From: Candidatus Rifleibacteriota bacterium
GTDB lineage: Bacteria > Muiribacteriota > Ozemobacteria > Ozemobacterales > Ozemobacteraceae
Direction: 5' to 3'
Assembly: GCA_051747585.1 (NCBI GenBank)
Contig: JBNJGH010000103.1
Span: 1-11,538, forward strand
Length of the DNA: 11,538 nucleotides
Shown here: positions 7,814 through 11,538 of the stretch, piece after piece
Layout of the letters: every line of letters starts with the position of its first letter
Position numbering within the stretch: the stretch's first letter is position 1
Program-made: the position numbers and the translations under genes
The notes under the pieces: model-generated
What the model saw: only the letters and a program-made list of their open reading frames with translations
Told to the model about the DNA's origin: nothing
The model's database searches: none

Positions 7814-9797
7814 CAAAAGCTCCAATATCTTCGTTGTCATAACCTGCGGCCATTAAGGGGCTGCCGGGCGACGGAACATAACTGTAATCCATGGTAGGAA
7901 GATCAACAAAAGGATCGCCGCCCATCAAAGCAGGATCGAGCCTTAAGTCAGTCGAAAATCCCGGTAACGCATTATTATCATTGCTAAGATATCTTCTTTC
8001 GTTGCCGCTTGGAATATCCCATATAAGGTTATTTTGTATCTGGTTTGAGCCAACGACATAATCGTCTGAACCGCTGTATAAAACACCAATGGAATTCTTT
8101 GTATTATCTGCAAGAATCAGATTGCTTCTGATACGCACAGTGGCAGTTGCATTAAATTGAATACCAACATTTGAATGAATGGTATTTCTTCTAATTTCAT
8201 CTTCACCGCGACACATAATGCCGGTGCCGTTAGAACCATATCCGATAAGGTTACGACTAACGATTGAAGAAGTGCTTTTATTGCCAACATCTATGCCGGA
8301 TACCCCGGCAAAAGCTATCTGATTGCCTTTAATCTCGGCATTGGCGTTATCAAGAGAAACGATGCCGTAAATCGACCGCTGAATTTTACAATCATAAATT
8401 TTTACATCTACAGGATTGTTGTTAGCAAGAATTGCTGAACTACAGGTATCAAATTCATTATTTTTTATATTGACATCTTCACGAGCATTTTCTGTTTGAA
8501 TACCAGATTGTTTGCAGCTGAAAAATCTTGACTCAGTGATTTCAGGAATTCCTGCACGCCCATTTACACCATCAACTACACAGGAAATTTTGAGACCCTT
8601 GATTATTGAAGTATTAAGATCAGACATGGTATCGAAAGTAATACCATTCCAGTCTCCTGCCTGAGGCGACGAGCTGACCGAAGTCATGGCAACCGGAGCC
8701 TCAACTGCGCCCTGTATCATCAAAGTTCCCTGAACCAGAATATCAATCATGTCAGAATCTGATTCCGGGTCCCATTGATCACCTTTTGAAACTCCAACTG
8801 TTACGCCTTTATCTATGACAAGGCTTACACCTGGCGCAACGGTCAAATCACCGGTTAAATAATAGGGCGAATTTTGCGCTGTCCAGACAGCATTTTGATC
8901 CATTCTTCCCGGCATCAAAAATGAGACTGGTTCGGACTTTGGTGTTTCATCGCCGGATCCTGAAAGTCTGGCTACCCGATAATAGTATTTTCTACCAGGC
9001 ATAACGTTCAAATCTGTATAATAATTGTTGTTGATCTTACCTGATCCAACCTGAACATAGCTGCCATCTTTTGATTCAGATTTATAAAGTTTATAACCGG
9101 CAAAATCCACCCCTGAATCAGAGTTCCATTCAAGTTTGATGGAATTGGAATCCGATGGTTTACTGGCTTTGAGGCCCGTAGGGGGATCGCCCCTGACAGT
9201 ATATTCGGTGGTAAAATTTAACGTGTCAGACTCGAGTCGGCGGCCAAGTTCATCATCTGCCACGCATCGATAACGATATGTTGTAGCAGGAGTAAGATTT
9301 GTTATTTCATACTGATGAAGAAATGACTCCTCATTATCCTGCTCGGAATATTGATTTAACAAGCCATTTAAACCATACCTTATAAAACCGATACTCTGCT
9401 TTTTGCTATAAAAAACAATTCGAGCGCTGGTAGAGGTTAAAGAAGAAACCTGAATATCATATAATTCGCTGTCGGCAGCCATGACAAAATTAATTTCTTC
9501 AAACGTCTGACCACTCAAAACTTCAATTGTTTTTGTCTGGGTCTGATACTTTTCTCGACTGGCACTAACGCTGGTCATTTGTGGCTCCAGCGCCTCCAGC
9601 ATCCATACGCCATTGACATCGGTAAATGTGCTTGCTTCGGTTGTTGCAACTTTGACACCACTTAGAGGGTTCCCCGACGAATCTGTTATTATTCCGCTTA
9701 AATTTCCGCGTGCAGGAGAACCAGTGCTCATACAACCGACATGAATCACTGATATTACAAAAAACAATACTATCGCCAAACGACTTATTTTTTTCAT
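7797..9797 (-). CDS. Lipoprotein, same architecture (paralog 1)
   Basis: MKKISRLAIVLFFVISVIHVG-C lipobox; GNLSGIITDSSGNPLSGV..TDVNG; ITNLTPATTYRYR; LEW..GYKLYK..YTD..PGRKYYYRV; WTAQNSPYYLTGDLTVAPGVSLVI..GDWNGI; Asn/Ile/Gly-rich beta-helix rungs; C-terminal GSPLMAAG..DIGAFD. Confidence 0.88.
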   Translation of the reverse strand: MKKISRLAIVLFFVISVIHVGCMSTGSPARGNLSGIITDSSGNPLSGVKVATTEASTFTDVNGVWMLEALEPQMTSVSASREKYQTQTKTIEVLSGQTFEEINFVMAADSELYDIQVSSLTSTSARIVFYSKKQSIGFIRYGLNGLLNQYSEQDNEESFLHQYEITNLTPATTYRYRCVADDELGRRLESDTLNFTTEYTVRGDPPTGLKASKPSDSNSIKLEWNSDSGVDFAGYKLYKSESKDGSYVQVGSGKINNNYYTDLNVMPGRKYYYRVARLSGSGDETPKSEPVSFLMPGRMDQNAVWTAQNSPYYLTGDLTVAPGVSLVIDKGVTVGVSKGDQWDPESDSDMIDILVQGTLMIQGAVEAPVAMTSVSSSPQAGDWNGITFDTMSDLNTSIIKGLKISCVVDGVNGRAGIPEITESRFFSCKQSGIQTENAREDVNIKNNEFDTCSSAILANNNPVDVKIYDCKIQRSIYGIVSLDNANAEIKGNQIAFAGVSGIDVGNKSTSSIVSRNLIGYGSNGTGIMCRGEDEIRRNTIHSNVGIQFNATATVRIRSNLILADNTKNSIGVLYSGSDDYVVGSNQIQNNLIWDIPSGNERRYLSNDNNALPGFSTDLRLDPALMGGDPFVDLPTMDYSYVPSPGSPLMAAGYDNEDIGAFDVPRQ

Positions 9798-9807
9798 TTA
9801 CTGATAG

Positions 9808-9835
9808 TTTTCGGAAAAATTCGCAACAAACATTA
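9808..9835 (-). promoter_or_regulatory. Sigma28-like promoter upstream of the lipoprotein operon
   Basis: Minus strand TAATGTTT(9835-9828)-12 nt-TCCGAAAA(9815-9808); same geometry as the 3824-3851 motif; ends 10 nt before ATG 9797. Confidence 0.4.
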
Positions 9836-9846
9836 GAAACAAAAGG

Positions 9847-9876
9847 TTGAAACTGAAATAAAAATAGAGTTACATT
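9847..9876 (+). promoter_or_regulatory. Putative sigma70 promoter of aminotransferase-dut
   Basis: TTGAAA(9847-9852)-18 nt-TACATT(9871-9876); SD AAGGA at 9931-9935. Confidence 0.45.
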
Positions 9877-9941
9877 CTCTAGGTAGATATTTTACGACGC
9901 TAATGCGTCTAAAGGGTTATTAACCAAGGAAAGGAATTTCT

Positions 9942-11177
9942 GTGATGAAAAAGATTTCAGCCAGAGCTCAAAACATGCAGGCTTCTCCAATTAGAAAGCT
10001 GCTCCCATACGCCACAGCTGCCCGTAAGAAAGGTGTAAATGTATTTCCACTCAATATCGGTCAGCCTGACATTGCTACCCCTGAGCCTATAAGGGAAGCA
10101 ATTAGAAACTTTGATCAAGAAGTTCTTGCCTACAGTCCATCTCAGGGAGAAGATTTTTTATTGGAATCTTTTGCCCGTTATTATCAGAACAACAAAATTA
10201 ATCTCGAACCCGAAGACATAATCGTTACAACAGGTGGCAGCGAAGCTATTTTCTTTGCTTTTCTTTCAATCTGTGATCCCGGCGATGAAGTTATAGTTTT
10301 CGAACCTTTTTACACCAATTACAATGGTATGGCTTATGAAACCGGAGTTACTCTGAAAGCCCTCACTACTTATGCAGAAGATGGGTTTCAGCTTCCTCCG
10401 GTTGAAACAATCGAAAAAGCAATTACTCCAAAAACCAGAGCTATTCTAATTTGTAATCCAAATAATCCTACCGGTACGGTTTACTCACGCAAGACCCTTG
10501 AAGATCTGGCTTATCTTGCCAAAAAACACGAAATTTATGTAATGGCCGATGAAGTATATCGAGAGTTTACCTACGATGGCCTTAAACACACCTCTATTAC
10601 CCAGATCGAAGGCATGGACGAGTATGCAATTCTTATCGACAGCATCTCAAAAAGATATTCTGCCTGTGGCGCCAGAATCGGTGTCGTTGCCAGCAGAAAC
10701 AAAGAGGTAATGCAATCTTGTCTTAAATTTGCTCAGGCCCGTCTCAGTTCTCCGGTAGTAGAGCAATGGGGCGCAAGAGCCGGTCTGATGATGGACCCGG
10801 ATTATTTTGTTCCAATTCTGCTTGAATATCAAAAAAGACGCGATACTGTTATGGAGGGATTGAGCAAAGCAGAAGGCGTAGTCTGCAAAACCCCGACCGG
10901 CGCATTTTATGTAATTGCCAAGCTTCCAATAAAAAATGCCGAAAAATTTGCCCAATGGCTGCTAACTGACTTTCAATTTAACGGCAACACTGTTCTGGTT
11001 GCCCCGGCGGCGGGATTTTATGCAACTCCCGGCAAAGGATTGAATGAGATTAGAATCAGCTATGTACTCGAGTCAGAAAAGCTTGAAAAGGCTATGCAGG
11101 CACTTGCAGAAGCAATTAAACAGTTCCGTAAAATAGAGGAAAACGAGTCTGAAAATGCACAACAAGTCGGAGCTTAA
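9942..11177 (+). CDS. PLP-dependent class I aminotransferase (aspartate aminotransferase-like)
   Basis: LNIGQPD, TTGGSEA, NPNNPTG, DEVY, PLP lysine in [24 protein letters not shown]; start is GTG 9942 or ATG 9945. Confidence 0.95.
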   Translation: MMKKISARAQNMQASPIRKLLPYATAARKKGVNVFPLNIGQPDIATPEPIREAIRNFDQEVLAYSPSQGEDFLLESFARYYQNNKINLEPEDIIVTTGGSEAIFFAFLSICDPGDEVIVFEPFYTNYNGMAYETGVTLKALTTYAEDGFQLPPVETIEKAITPKTRAILICNPNNPTGTVYSRKTLEDLAYLAKKHEIYVMADEVYREFTYDGLKHTSITQIEGMDEYAILIDSISKRYSACGARIGVVASRNKEVMQSCLKFAQARLSSPVVEQWGARAGLMMDPDYFVPILLEYQKRRDTVMEGLSKAEGVVCKTPTGAFYVIAKLPIKNAEKFAQWLLTDFQFNGNTVLVAPAAGFYATPGKGLNEIRISYVLESEKLEKAMQALAEAIKQFRKIEENESENAQQVGA

Positions 11178-11538
11178 ACAAAAAGCGACCATAATCAAGC
11201 TGTTAAAAACAGAAGAAGCTAAAATGCCGGTGCGAGCCACCCCAGGCTCTGCCGGCTATGACCTGTGCTCAACCGAAAATATTGAGCTGCTTCCCGGCAA
11301 TTATGCAATGGTTCCAACCGGTTTGCGGCTCGAAATTCCCCATGGTTTTGAAGCCCAGGTTCGGCCCCGCTCGGGTTTGGCTGCACGCCACGGCATAGGG
11401 GTTTTAAATGCACCGGGCACTATAGACAGCGATTATCGCGGAGAAGTAAAAGTAATTTTGATCAATCACGGGCAAAAACCCTTTACAATTGAGAAAGGCA
11501 TGAGAATAGCCCAGATGGTTTTTGCCTCTATAACAGAT
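11155..11538 (+). CDS. dut: dUTP diphosphatase (trimeric dUTPase), 3' end outside window
   Basis: Manual translation from ATG 11155: [75 protein letters not shown]; motifs I-IV present; open to the window end; overlaps the upstream gene by 23 nt. Confidence 0.95.
   Translation, partial: MHNKSELKQKATIIKLLKTEEAKMPVRATPGSAGYDLCSTENIELLPGNYAMVPTGLRLEIPHGFEAQVRPRSGLAARHGIGVLNAPGTIDSDYRGEVKVILINHGQKPFTIEKGMRIAQMVFASITD

Noticed and set aside
7814..7840. Upstream start at 7840 for paralog 2
   Set aside because: It gives a 44-nt overlap and an over-long signal n-region; ATG 7813 has a well-spaced GGAG.
9186..9194. RGD tripeptide in paralog 1
   Set aside because: A single occurrence in an interdomain linker, not conserved in the paralogs (QGD, GNK); expected by chance.
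470..11413. Short alternative-frame and antisense ORFs in the track (e.g. 470-652, 2643-2963, 3282-3635, 4672-4977, 10647-10955, 11219-11413)
   Set aside because: All are nested in well-supported genes and lack recognisable motifs; shadow ORFs.

Overview
Bacterial chromosomal window, moderately AT-rich, standard code (TGA is used as stop). Left to right: a pair of REP-like palindromes with mutually complementary loops; a 19-codon upstream ORF coupled to glutamine-dependent NAD+ synthetase (nadE); a ~215-nt structured intergenic region with its own promoter and terminator (candidate unannotated ncRNA or attenuator); an MBL-fold metallohydrolase; then, on the minus strand, three overlapping, diverged paralogous ~660-aa lipoproteins (carboxypeptidase-regulatory-like + 2x FN3-like + parallel beta-helix) followed by a small secreted hypothetical protein. 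Both ends of that minus-strand cluster carry sigma28 (FliA/SigD)-like promoter motifs. Divergent from it are a class I PLP aminotransferase and an overlapping dUTPase (dut) cut off by the window end and absent from the ORF track. The best candidates for undescribed biology are the lipoprotein trio with its sigma28-like promoters and the structured RNA. All calls come from reading motifs by eye; no searches were run.
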